Shown here piece after piece: positions 1 through 9,800 of a stretch of DNA of 41,029 nt (the stretch's first letter is position 1; each line of letters opens with the position of its first letter). The DNA is from a virus (Duplodnaviria; Caudoviricetes). The position numbers and the translations under genes were made by a program. The stretch covers positions 1 through 41,029 of the IMG/VR virus record IMGVR_UViG_3300017766_002845; one strand, given 5' to 3'. The notes under the pieces were generated by a model. That model ran no database searches. It was not told the DNA's origin and was given only the letters and a program-made list of their open reading frames with translations.

Positions 1-321
1 CGCGACTGGCGCTACTTCGTGCGCATCGCCAACATCGACTTCAGCGTGCTGAACGCTGGTGACGCTGGCGCCCTGACTTCGCAGCAGGCTCTGATCACCG
101 CCATGATCAAGGCCAGCGAGCGCATCCCTGTGATGGGCCGTGGTCGCGCCGCCTGGTACGTGCCGCGCAACATCCGCGAGAACCTGCGTCTCGGTATCCT
201 CGGCAAGGTTTCCAACAACCTGTCGTGGGAGACCGTCGAGGGCAAGCGAGTGATGACGTTCGACGACATCCCAGTGCGCCGCACCGACGCGCTGGTGAAC
301 ACCGAGGCCCGCGTGGTCTAA
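1..321 (+). CDS. major capsid protein, C-terminal part (5' truncated), BPP-1 Bbp17-like
   Basis: Open frame from the window start: RDWRYFVRIANID...FDDIPVRRTDALVNTEARVV, typical of this capsid family's C-terminus; lies upstream of cement and tail genes. Confidence 0.85.
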   Translation, partial: RDWRYFVRIANIDFSVLNAGDAGALTSQQALITAMIKASERIPVMGRGRAAWYVPRNIRENLRLGILGKVSNNLSWETVEGKRVMTFDDIPVRRTDALVNTEARVV

Positions 322-327
322 AGCGAA

Positions 328-353
328 CAGCCCGGGGTGAGAGCCCCGGGTTG
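328..353 (+). other. GC-rich hairpin between capsid and cement genes
   Basis: cagcccgggg-tgagag-ccccgggttg inverted repeat; no U-tract, so more likely a stabiliser or attenuator than a terminator. Confidence 0.5.
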
Positions 354-383
354 ATGCAACCAACTCAACCTAGAGAGAAGACC

Positions 384-863
384 ATGATCCTCGACAAACT
401 GAACGAATTCGCTGACGCAGTCAGCGTGGCCGCTGCCGCTGGCACGGCTCTGATCGGCAACCAGATCGACCTCGGCGCCGCTGGCCGAGGCCTGGGCGGC
501 AACCAGGCGCTGTACCTGGTGGTTTCGGTCGATACCGAGATCATCACGGGCGGTACCGCTGGCACGATCCAGTTCCAGCTGGTGTCGGATGCGCAAGCAG
601 CCATCGCCGTGGACGGCAGCGCCACCGTGCACGCCGCCTCGCCCGTGTTCGTGACCGACGACGCAGCCGCCAACAGCCCCCAGCTGAATGCTGGTGCCAA
701 GGCCTGGGTCATCGCGCTGCCCATCGAGGGCAACACCTACGAGCGCTACCTGGGCATCCTGGCAGTGATCGGCACCACGACCGTGACGGCCGGCGCCATC
801 AGCGCCTACCTGACCGCCGACGTCGCCGACTGGAAGGCGTACGACGCGCCCTTCCAGCTGTAA
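384..863 (+). CDS. capsid cement/decoration protein (Bbp16-like)
   Basis: ATG 384 after a purine-rich RBS; MILDKLNEF...IDLG...YERYLG beta-rich protein directly after the capsid gene. Confidence 0.75.
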   Translation: MILDKLNEFADAVSVAAAAGTALIGNQIDLGAAGRGLGGNQALYLVVSVDTEIITGGTAGTIQFQLVSDAQAAIAVDGSATVHAASPVFVTDDAAANSPQLNAGAKAWVIALPIEGNTYERYLGILAVIGTTTVTAGAISAYLTADVADWKAYDAPFQL

Positions 864-877
864 GCGAGGGCTGACCC

Positions 878-1159
878 ATGAAAGTACGCGCAATCGAGAT
901 GGGCTTCTACGAAGGCAACCGCGTCAAGAAGGGCGAGGTCTTCGAGGTTGCCGACGGCGCCAAAGCGCGCTGGTTCACCCCGGTGCAGGCCCTTGGCCCT
1001 GCCGCGTCCCAAAAGGATGACGGCAAGGTCAAGGGTCCGGCCAAGGGCAAGGCCAAAGAGCCCGACACGCTGTCGGAGATGACGCGCAAGGGCGACGGCA
1101 ACAAGACCATGACGGAAGTCCTGGCCAAGAAGCCCGACGAAGCTGGCGACATCGCCTGA
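878..1159 (+). CDS. small hypothetical head-module protein
   Basis: MKVRAIEMGFYEG...GEVFEV...WF; GAGG RBS; strong GC3 codon bias. Confidence 0.75.
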   Translation: MKVRAIEMGFYEGNRVKKGEVFEVADGAKARWFTPVQALGPAASQKDDGKVKGPAKGKAKEPDTLSEMTRKGDGNKTMTEVLAKKPDEAGDIA

Positions 1160-1181
1160 CCCGTCTCGGGCGGCAAGCACA

Positions 1182-1211
1182 AAGGGCCGCCACAGCGCGG
1201 CCCTTTTTCTT
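1182..1211 (+). terminator. Rho-independent terminator after the head genes
   Basis: aagggccgc-caca-gcgcggccctt hairpin followed by tttttctt. Confidence 0.8.
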
Positions 1212-1222
1212 AGGAGCATCTC

Positions 1223-1879
1223 GTGGCATCTGACGTCGACATCTGCAACATGGCCTTGAGCCACTTCGGCAGCGATGCCACGGTGACCAGCATCAACCCG
1301 CCCGACGGCTCTGTCGAGGCGGGGCGGTGCAAGGTGTTCTTGCCCATCTCGCGCCGCGAGATCCTGGAGCACTTCGACTGGTCCTTCGCACGTCGACGCA
1401 AGGCGCTGACCGAGGTCGCCAACAACAGCGACATCTGGCAGTACGCCTACACCCGCCCGTCCGAGTGCCTGAAGGAGCGACGCATCCTGCCGGCGTACAC
1501 CCAGCCCGGGGGCTCAGCCTTCTTGGGGCAGCAGCTGCCGGTGGCCAATCGATCAGCCATGAACGCCGGCACCGAGCAGGGTGGCGCCGAGTTCATCGTC
1601 GAGAACGGCGTGATCTACACCAACGAGCCCGAGGCCGTGCTGATCTACACCGTTGACGTCACCGACACCACGAAGTACCCCGCGAGCTTCCTGCCCGCGC
1701 TGAGCCACCTGCTGGCCAGCTACATCGTGGGCGGCATCATCCGGGGCAAGGCCGGCACGCAGATGGCACGCGCCATGCGCGACACCGCCATGCAGTTGGG
1801 CGGCGCCTCGGCCGTGACCGACGCCAACGCCGGCTACGAGAACACCGAGTTCCGGCCCATGGCTTTGCAGGTGCGCTGA
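1223..1879 (+). CDS. tail tubular protein A / adaptor (T7 gp11-like)
   Basis: GTG start after AGGAG; VDICNMALSHFG...HFDWSFARRR...WQYAYTRPSECL motifs. Confidence 0.85.
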   Translation: MASDVDICNMALSHFGSDATVTSINPPDGSVEAGRCKVFLPISRREILEHFDWSFARRRKALTEVANNSDIWQYAYTRPSECLKERRILPAYTQPGGSAFLGQQLPVANRSAMNAGTEQGGAEFIVENGVIYTNEPEAVLIYTVDVTDTTKYPASFLPALSHLLASYIVGGIIRGKAGTQMARAMRDTAMQLGGASAVTDANAGYENTEFRPMALQVR

Positions 1880-4173
1880 TGGCCCGCAGCCTGTACCGCT
1901 CCTTTGCCGGCGGCGAGATCACGCCTGAGCTCTTCGGGCGCATCGACCTGGCCAAGTTCCAGACGGGCTTGGGCCTGTGCTCGAACTTCCGCATCCTGCC
2001 CCACGGCCCGGCCACGCGCCGCCCCGGGTTCGAGTACGCCACCAAGGCCAAGAGCGGCGTGACCCGCATCCTGCCCTTCGTGTTCAGCACGACGCAGTCG
2101 GTGGTGCTCGAGTTTGGCGACCAGTACATCCGCTTCCTGATCGACGGCGCCCCGGTGCTCAACACAGCGCAGAACATCACCGCCATCAGCCAGGCCGCCA
2201 CCGGCGTGCTGACCTACACGGGCGCGGACTACACCAACGGCCAGTTCGTCTTTTTGTCGGGCATCGGCGGCATGACCGCGCTCAACGGGCGCTACGCCGT
2301 GGTCACCAATGTGAACGCAGGCGCCAACACGTTCGAGCTTTTTGACCTGTTCGGCAACCCCATCAACACCTCGGCCCTGCCCGCGTTCACCGCAGGGGGC
2401 ACCGTGGCCTCGGTCTACGAGATCGCCTCGCCCTATCTGGCGGCCGACCTGTTCGGCCTGCGCTACACACAGGACGCCGACGTCTTCACGATCACGTCCA
2501 TCGAGTACGCCACGCGCGAACTGCGCCGTCTGGGCGCCACGAACTGGACGCTGACCGAGGTCGACTTCAGTCCTAGCACCACGGTCCCCACCGGCGTCGG
2601 TGTGGTGGCGACCGTGGCTGTGGCCACGAACCTCTCGCCGCAGAGTTATGTGGTGACCACTATTGACGCCGACGGTGTGACCGAGTCCCTGCAGTCGGCC
2701 ACCGTCACGGCGAGCAACAACCTGAGCCTGGCCGGCAACTTCAACACCATCAGCTGGGGCGCTGTGGCCGGGGCCACCCGGTACAACGTCTACAAGCTGC
2801 GCGGCGGCACCTTCGGGTTCATCGGCTCGGCCACTGGCCTGAGCGTGGTGGACGACAACGTGACAGCCGACACCACGAAGACGCCGCCCCTGGACGACAC
2901 CGCGCTCAACACGGGCGCTGGCGACTACCCCACCGCAGTCACGTACCACGAGCAGCGCCGGTGGCTGGGCGGTACCATGAACTCCCCCCAACGCATCATC
3001 GCAACGCGCAGCGGCACCGAGTCGAACCTCACGACCTCACTGCCAGCGCAGGACGACGACTCGCTGGACTTCCGCGTGCGTGCGCGCCAGCAGAACGCCA
3101 TCATGCATCTGGTGCCGCTGTCGGACCTGATCGCGTTGACCACGGGTGCCGAGTTCCGCATCTTCTCCGACGGCGCGCCAGCCATCACGCCGACCAGCCT
3201 GAGCGTGAAGCCACAGGGCTACACCGGCGCCAGCCAGGTCACCCCCGTGGTGACGTCCGGATCCATCCTGTACGTGCAGGCGCAGGGCTCACGGGTGCGC
3301 GAGCTCTCGTACAACTGGGAGACCCAGGCCTACCGCTCCATCGACATCACCCTGATGGCGCCACACCTGGTGGCCGGGCGCACGGTGGTCGACATGGCCT
3401 ACGTGCGCGCACCTGACCAGACGCTGTGGGCTGTGCGCGACGACGGCACGCTCCTGGGCATGACCTACGTGCCCGAGCAGCAGGTGTACGGCTGGCACCA
3501 GCACAGCACCGACGGTGCGTTCGAGAGCGTGTGCACGGTGCCTGAGAACGGCGAGGACCGGCTCTATGCCGTGATCCGGCGCGAGATCAACGGCGACACA
3601 GTGCGCTACATCGAGCGCATGGCGCAGGGCTTTGTGCCCGAGATCGACGACATCGCCGACGCCATGTTTCTCGACTCGGCGCTGACCTACAGCGGCGCTC
3701 CGATCACGAACATCCGTGGGCTGCACCACCTTGAGGGTGAGACGGTGGACGTCCTGGCCGACGGCACGGTGGAGCCCAGCAAGACCGTGGTCAACGGCGC
3801 CATCACGTTGATCGCGCCGGCCAGCAAGCTGAGCATTGGACTGGGCTTCTCCTCTCGCCTGCGCACGCTGCCATTGGCCATGGAGCGCATGGAAGCCGGC
3901 GGGCAGGGCACGCGCAAGAACGTGGCCAAGGTCCACCTGCGCGTGCGCTCGAGCAACCTGCTGCGCGTTGGCCCGAGCTTCGACAAGCTGACCCTGGCCC
4001 CATCGCGCGACGCAGGCAGCAACTACAATTCGGCCGTCGACCTGCGCACCGGCGAGGTGGCCCTTGTGGTTGCCCCATCGTGGTCCGACGACGGGGCCGT
4101 CTGCGTCGAGCAGAGCAGCCCCCTGCCAACGACCATCGTGTCGATGACCTTGGAGACCGAGTTCGGTGATTGA
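1879..4173 (+). CDS. tail tubular protein B / nozzle (T7 gp12-like)
   Basis: 764 aa; SFAGGEITPELFGRIDL N-terminus, YPTAVTYHEQR, GWHQHSTDG motifs. Confidence 0.85.
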   Translation: MARSLYRSFAGGEITPELFGRIDLAKFQTGLGLCSNFRILPHGPATRRPGFEYATKAKSGVTRILPFVFSTTQSVVLEFGDQYIRFLIDGAPVLNTAQNITAISQAATGVLTYTGADYTNGQFVFLSGIGGMTALNGRYAVVTNVNAGANTFELFDLFGNPINTSALPAFTAGGTVASVYEIASPYLAADLFGLRYTQDADVFTITSIEYATRELRRLGATNWTLTEVDFSPSTTVPTGVGVVATVAVATNLSPQSYVVTTIDADGVTESLQSATVTASNNLSLAGNFNTISWGAVAGATRYNVYKLRGGTFGFIGSATGLSVVDDNVTADTTKTPPLDDTALNTGAGDYPTAVTYHEQRRWLGGTMNSPQRIIATRSGTESNLTTSLPAQDDDSLDFRVRARQQNAIMHLVPLSDLIALTTGAEFRIFSDGAPAITPTSLSVKPQGYTGASQVTPVVTSGSILYVQAQGSRVRELSYNWETQAYRSIDITLMAPHLVAGRTVVDMAYVRAPDQTLWAVRDDGTLLGMTYVPEQQVYGWHQHSTDGAFESVCTVPENGEDRLYAVIRREINGDTVRYIERMAQGFVPEIDDIADAMFLDSALTYSGAPITNIRGLHHLEGETVDVLADGTVEPSKTVVNGAITLIAPASKLSIGLGFSSRLRTLPLAMERMEAGGQGTRKNVAKVHLRVRSSNLLRVGPSFDKLTLAPSRDAGSNYNSAVDLRTGEVALVVAPSWSDDGAVCVEQSSPLPTTIVSMTLETEFGD

Positions 4174-4642
4174 CGTCCAGTTCGTGTACACCACGCCAGA
4201 GCACTGCCAGCACCTGGCCGACAACCTGCGCGAGCAGGACGCCGTGGAGATGGCTGCGCTGGGGTACGTCGGCCAAACCTCCCTTCGGCGCATGGTTGAC
4301 GTCGCTGTGCGGATCAGCTTGCTCAAGGCCACCATCATGGTGGACGGCCAGCTGGCCTGCATCTTCGGCGTGTCCCCGATCAACACGGCAGCCGGCCTGG
4401 GCGCGGTGTGGCTCCTGGCCACCCCGCACGGCCAGCGGCACGCGAAGGCGCTTACGCGACGGGCGCGCCCCTACATTGACGAGATGCTGACCCTGTTTCC
4501 CCTGATGACCAACCTGGTCCACCAGGAAAACACTGCCAGCCGCCGGTGGCTGACCATGCTGGGCGCCAAGTTCGGCGAGCCGGTGTTGATGTCAAACGGC
4601 GCCACGTTCATTCCATTCGAGATGCGAGCCGACCATGTGTGA
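4166..4642 (+). CDS. T7 gp13-like (GNAT-fold) internal virion/assembly protein
   Basis: LADNLREQDAVE...GAVWLLAT...NLVHQENTASRRWLTMLGAKF; position after the nozzle gene. Confidence 0.7.
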   Translation: MIDVQFVYTTPEHCQHLADNLREQDAVEMAALGYVGQTSLRRMVDVAVRISLLKATIMVDGQLACIFGVSPINTAAGLGAVWLLATPHGQRHAKALTRRARPYIDEMLTLFPLMTNLVHQENTASRRWLTMLGAKFGEPVLMSNGATFIPFEMRADHV

Positions 4643-5147
4643 ACCAACAACCTTGACCGCCATCGGTACGTGGGCCACCGCGAACGCCGGGTGGATCTCG
4701 CTGGCTGCAGCCGGCACGAGCACGGTGGTGAACGCCAAGTCCGCGCGCGACCAGGCCGCCTACACCCAGCGCGTGGCGCAGAACAACGCGGTGGAAGCCG
4801 AACGCGCCGCCGGCAAAGCCACGGCCAAGGGCGAGCAGGATGCGATGATGGTGCGTCGACAGGCCGCACAGGCGAAAGGCGGGCAACGTGCAGCCCTAGC
4901 CGCGCGCGGCCTGGACCTCAACAGTGGCACCGCCGAGCAGCTGCAGGCGCAGACCGACTTTTTCGGCGAGATCGACCAGGCCACCGTGCGCGAGAACGCG
5001 GCCGAGACGGCTCGTGGCTACCGCACGCAAGGCGCGAACTACAAGGCCCAGGCGGCCAACAGCAAGCCCGGCGAGGCCGGTTTCGTGTCGCTGCTGAGCG
5101 GGGCCTCCAGCGTCGCCGACAAGTGGCACAGCTTCGCCAAGGCCTGA
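4635..5147 (+). CDS. internal virion (ejection) protein, gp14-like
   Basis: MCEPTT N-terminus, Ala/Gln-rich helical body, QRAALAARGLDLNSG motif. Confidence 0.75.
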   Translation: MCEPTTLTAIGTWATANAGWISLAAAGTSTVVNAKSARDQAAYTQRVAQNNAVEAERAAGKATAKGEQDAMMVRRQAAQAKGGQRAALAARGLDLNSGTAEQLQAQTDFFGEIDQATVRENAAETARGYRTQGANYKAQAANSKPGEAGFVSLLSGASSVADKWHSFAKA

Positions 5148-5148
5148 G

Positions 5149-6834
5149 ATGCCACGCGTCCCAACCTACGACCAACAGGTAGGCCTGCGCCCCACGGGGA
5201 TCGCGGAGCAGCAGAACCTGGACGTCACGAAGAACGCGCGCGGCCTGGCCGGCGCGCTCAACCAGGTCAGCGAGGTCGCCGACCGCATCGACCTGCGCGA
5301 AGCCACGGCTGCGGCGCAGCAGGCCCAGATCGAAGTGCGAGACCGGTGGTCGGCCTTCGACAACGAACTGCGCAACAAGTACAAGGGCGGCAACGTCGAT
5401 GTGCGGGGCGAGAACGGTGAGGTGGTCGACAGCGTCGAGCTCCAGACCGAGAACTTCTGGAAGGCCGAGAAGGAGCGCCTGGCCAAGGGGCTGAGCCCCC
5501 GCGCGCGCACGCTGGCCAGCAACCAGCTGGCCAACCTGCAGGGCCAGGCGCTCGTCAACACCCGGCAGTACGGTGCGCGCGAGCGCGAGCGCTACCAGAC
5601 CGAGGTGTTCACCGGGTTCAAGCAGACCGAGATCCAGAGCGCCGCAGCCTCGGGCGACCCCGCCAAGGCCGACGCCGCAGCCACCATCATCCAGGCCGAG
5701 AACGCCAAGCACGCGCAGCTGTACGGCCGGCCCCCTGAGTGGGTGGCCGCCGAGACGCAGAAGGACTTGCAGACCCTGCACTCTTCGATGGTGCGCGGCC
5801 TGCTCGAGGGCGACAACCCCGAGCGTGCGCGCGAGTACCTGGACAAGCACAAGGAGCAACTGGGCGTCCTGGGCGCCGAGCTCGCCACCAAGGTCGACAA
5901 CGTGGTGGCCGACGTGAAGGGCCAGCGCCTGGCCGACTCGCTGGCGGCCAAGCCCTACGAGGAGGCCTTGGCCGAAGTGGCCAAGATCGAAGACCCACGC
6001 GAGCGCAAGTCCGCGCGCCTGCAGCTGCAACAGAACCGCGCCGACCAGATGCAGATCCGCGCCGCACGGGAGAAGGAAGCCTCCGACGCCGTGTGGCAGC
6101 TGGTGGCCAACGGCACCCCGGCCGGCAAGTTGCCGCGCGCTGTGCTCGACCAGATGGACGGCAAGGATCGCATGGCCGTCACCGAGCACTACCGGGCCGA
6201 GGCCAAGCGCCGGATGACCGAGGCCGAGGGCCGGTCGGTCAAGACCAACATGAGTGTCCTCGAGGACATCTACAACCTGCCCAAGGACGAGTTCTTGGGG
6301 TTGCGGATTTCCACGCTGCAGGACCAGCTGTCGCGCGCCGATCAGGAGGAACTGATCAAGCGCCAGGCCAAGCTGCGCGAGCCCGGCGAGGAGGTCAAGA
6401 TCGCCACCCGTGAGCAGCAGGTGAGCGCGGCCATGGACCTGCTGGGCTTCGCGTCCAAGGACCAGGAGAAGAAGGGCCTTTTCCGCAAGACGTTCAACGA
6501 CCAGGTGGCGGCGTTCTCCGCAGAGAAGAAAGCCGAGCCCACCTACGCTGAGACGCAAGAGATTCTGAGCCGCCTGATGCGTGAGCGCAAAGCAGGTTGG
6601 TTCGGCGGCAAGCAGCGCTACTTCGAGGCCATCGGCACCGAAGACGCGGCCAAGTTCGATCCACCGCCAGCCGGCGCCGCAGCACCTGCGCCGCGCCCTC
6701 GCGGAGCAGGCACAATCGTGGAGATCGACGGCAACGACCGTCGACTCATCGCAGAAGCACTGCGCGCTGAGAAAGTCCCCGTCACCGAGGACGCCATTCA
6801 GCAACGGTATCGACAGGTCAAAGGCGCTCAATGA
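5149..6834 (+). CDS. internal virion (ejection) protein, gp15-like
   Basis: 561 aa, MPRVPTYD start, helical/coiled-coil; syntenic between the gp14-like and giant virion genes. Confidence 0.7.
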   Translation: MPRVPTYDQQVGLRPTGIAEQQNLDVTKNARGLAGALNQVSEVADRIDLREATAAAQQAQIEVRDRWSAFDNELRNKYKGGNVDVRGENGEVVDSVELQTENFWKAEKERLAKGLSPRARTLASNQLANLQGQALVNTRQYGARERERYQTEVFTGFKQTEIQSAAASGDPAKADAAATIIQAENAKHAQLYGRPPEWVAAETQKDLQTLHSSMVRGLLEGDNPERAREYLDKHKEQLGVLGAELATKVDNVVADVKGQRLADSLAAKPYEEALAEVAKIEDPRERKSARLQLQQNRADQMQIRAAREKEASDAVWQLVANGTPAGKLPRAVLDQMDGKDRMAVTEHYRAEAKRRMTEAEGRSVKTNMSVLEDIYNLPKDEFLGLRISTLQDQLSRADQEELIKRQAKLREPGEEVKIATREQQVSAAMDLLGFASKDQEKKGLFRKTFNDQVAAFSAEKKAEPTYAETQEILSRLMRERKAGWFGGKQRYFEAIGTEDAAKFDPPPAGAAAPAPRPRGAGTIVEIDGNDRRLIAEALRAEKVPVTEDAIQQRYRQVKGAQ

Positions 6835-9800
6835 ACGACAACCCATTTGCACTCCAGAACGTAAAACCCGAAGCCCCAGTTGAACAGGCCCCCGCTCAAG
6901 AAGCGGATAACCCGTTCAGCCTGGCGGCCATTCAGCGCTCGGAGAAGCAACAGCTGCAGGCCACACTGCAGGACGCCGTGCGCGTGCCGCCCGAGAAGGC
7001 CGCACGCGCTGCGCAGCTGAGCAAGAAGCTGCAAATCTACGCCGACCCTCTGTCACAGAGCCTGGCCGACATCGAGCTCCAGGACGCGGTCATGGAGGCC
7101 GACAAGAAGCTGGCCACCTCGCCCAAACTGGCCAAGGCCATGCGCGAGGGCACCGACTTTGCGCGCCAGTCGCACGACGACATCGAGCCGCTGAGCAAGG
7201 TAGAGCGCTCCATCACCGACTACCCCCGCTCTCTGGCCGCTGGCGCCGCGAAGGGCGTTGGCACTGCGCTGACCGGCTCGGCCGAACTGCTGGACATTGG
7301 CGCGCGTGCGCTGGACAGCGGCTACCGCGCGGTGTTTGGTGACAACGCTGCCGACCTGCTGTGGTTCGACAACCCGACCATGGGTGGCGTCGAGATCCAG
7401 ATGAACCCGGGCGCACCGCTGCGCATGGGCGGCGCCGGGTACACGGCCATCGGCGAAGCCGTCGACATTGACGCCAAGAATCGCGCGTTCGACACCGACG
7501 TAGCCTCGGCTGTGGGTCAGATCACCACGCAAATCGTCGCGGCGCTGACCACTGGCGGCGCCTCGATGATCCCCGTTGGCATGTCGCAAGGCGCGGGCGA
7601 GATGGCCGACCGGGTCAAGGCCGACAAGGCCGGCCAGGAGCTCACCGACGTCGCGGTGCTGGCGGGCGCAGCCACCGGCTTGCTGGAGAAGCTGCCCATC
7701 GACAAGATCCTGTCCAACACCCCGGCGCTGCGCGATGGCGTATTCCGGTGGCTTGGCGACAAGGTGGTGGCGGGCGGCCTGGAGGCCACGACCGAGATCA
7801 CGCAGGGCATTTTGATGGACGTGGCGCGCATCGCCACGACCAACCCGGACGCTACCATCGACGTGATCGACAACCTCTACGAGGGTGGTGTCGCCGGCAC
7901 GGCGGCAGCCATCCTGCGCGCAGTCATGGGCATCCGGGGGCGCACGAAGCAGCCTCTCGAGCAGGCCGGCAAGGCCAACGACGACGCCACCAAGCTGAGC
8001 GAGTTGTTCGCTGCGGCGGCCGAGTCGCGCCTGAAGGTGCGCAACGTCGACAGCTTCGCGCAGTTCGTGCAGCAGGCAGCCGACGAAACCGACGGCGCGC
8101 CCTCGGCTGTGTACATCGATGCGCGCACTTTGGCCGACACGCTGCAGCAGGCGGGCGTCAGCGAGGCGCAGATCGCCGAATTGATGCCCACGGTGCCTGA
8201 GCAGCTGCGCGACGCGCTGGCAACCGATGGCGTGGTCGAGATCCCCATCGGGGACATCGCCGCTCGGGTGGTCGGCACGCCCCTGGAGCAGGTGCTGCTC
8301 CAGCACATGCGCGTGGAGCCGGACGGGCTGAGCCAGTTCGAGGCCACCCAGGTTGCGGTCGAGGCCGAAGCCATGTTCCAGCAGGCGGCCACCAGCATCA
8401 CGTCGGGCGCCATCGACATCGCGTCCCTGCAGCAGAGCTCGGAGGCCGTCAAGACCACGGTGCTCGACCAGCTGAACGCCACCAAGCGCTTCCGGCCCGA
8501 GGTGAATGACGCCTACGCCACGCTGGTGCGCGACTTCTACGCCGCCACCAGCGTGCGCCTGGGTGTCACGCCCGACGAGCTCTACGCGCGCTACCCCCTG
8601 CGCGTGATCGGCGCGCCCATCGTGCCTGGCGACACCCCAGCCACCACGTTGAACGCCGAGAACGCCGCGCCCATCACGCTGCCCGAGGGCGTGTCGATTC
8701 GCGAGATTGCGGACGGCACCGGCTTCGAGGCGGTCGACGCCAGCGGTGCAGTGGTCGGTCGCCTGCGCGACAACCTGCTGCGCGGCCAGGCAGAGCAGAT
8801 CAACGAGAACGCCAACATCGACATCGTGGCGGTGGACAAGGAGCGCAAGGGCCAGGGCATCGGCCGCGCGCTGTACGACGCGTTTGACAAGAAGCACGGC
8901 GGGCGCATCGCCCCCAGCGGCAAGACCACACGCGACGCCTGGGCTGTGTGGAAGCGCAACTACCCGGCCAAGGTCGAGCAGTTCGTGCAGCAGGAAGCCG
9001 ACCGCATCGCGCAAGGCGCTGACCCCCAGCAGATCCTGGCCGGCATCACCGACCCCGAGGTCGCGCAGATGGTGGTCGAGCGTCCGTTTATGCAGAGCGG
9101 TATGCCGGCGTCGCCCTTCGCGTTCGCTGCGCCCGCTGAGCAGACCGAGGCCGACCTGGCCAACTCGCGCAACGCGTCGCGCGTGTCGCCCCGCGCCCCC
9201 ACCGGCGTCAAGGCGACCGAGGACCAGTACGGCGAAGAGCGCCTGCAGCCCAGCATCGAGGCGATGAGCCGTGCGCCCAGCGTGCTGGAGAACACCGCGC
9301 GCGAACTGCAGAAGTACCCCAACTTCAGCAACCTGACCGGCACCCCGATGGAGGTGGTGCAGCAGGCCAAGGAGCGCATGAAGGGCAACCTGCGCCGGCT
9401 GATGACAGCCTTCCCACAAGACCTGTCCGACCGTGCGCGCATGTGGTACGTCGGCGGCAACCGGATCGCCCAGCGCTTCGCCGACCGCTACGGGTTCAGC
9501 ACCGAGCAGGCCGCGCTGGCCATCGCCGCGCTCTCGCCCCAGAAGAACTGGTTCGAGAACGTGAGCGCGGCTGAGCGCGTGATGGACATCGTCACGAACC
9601 ACAGCACCGAGCCGTGGTCCGAGGGCATGACCGCCGTGGCCAACAGCCGTGGTTGGTTCGATGACCCACGCATCAGCCAGTCGGTCACGCCAGACATCGC
9701 CGGCAAGTCGCTGCGCGACCTGTTCGACCCGGCCGACATGGACGCCAGCGTTACGCGCATGGCCTGGTGGGTCCGCGCCTTCGACGAGGCAAACAACCCA

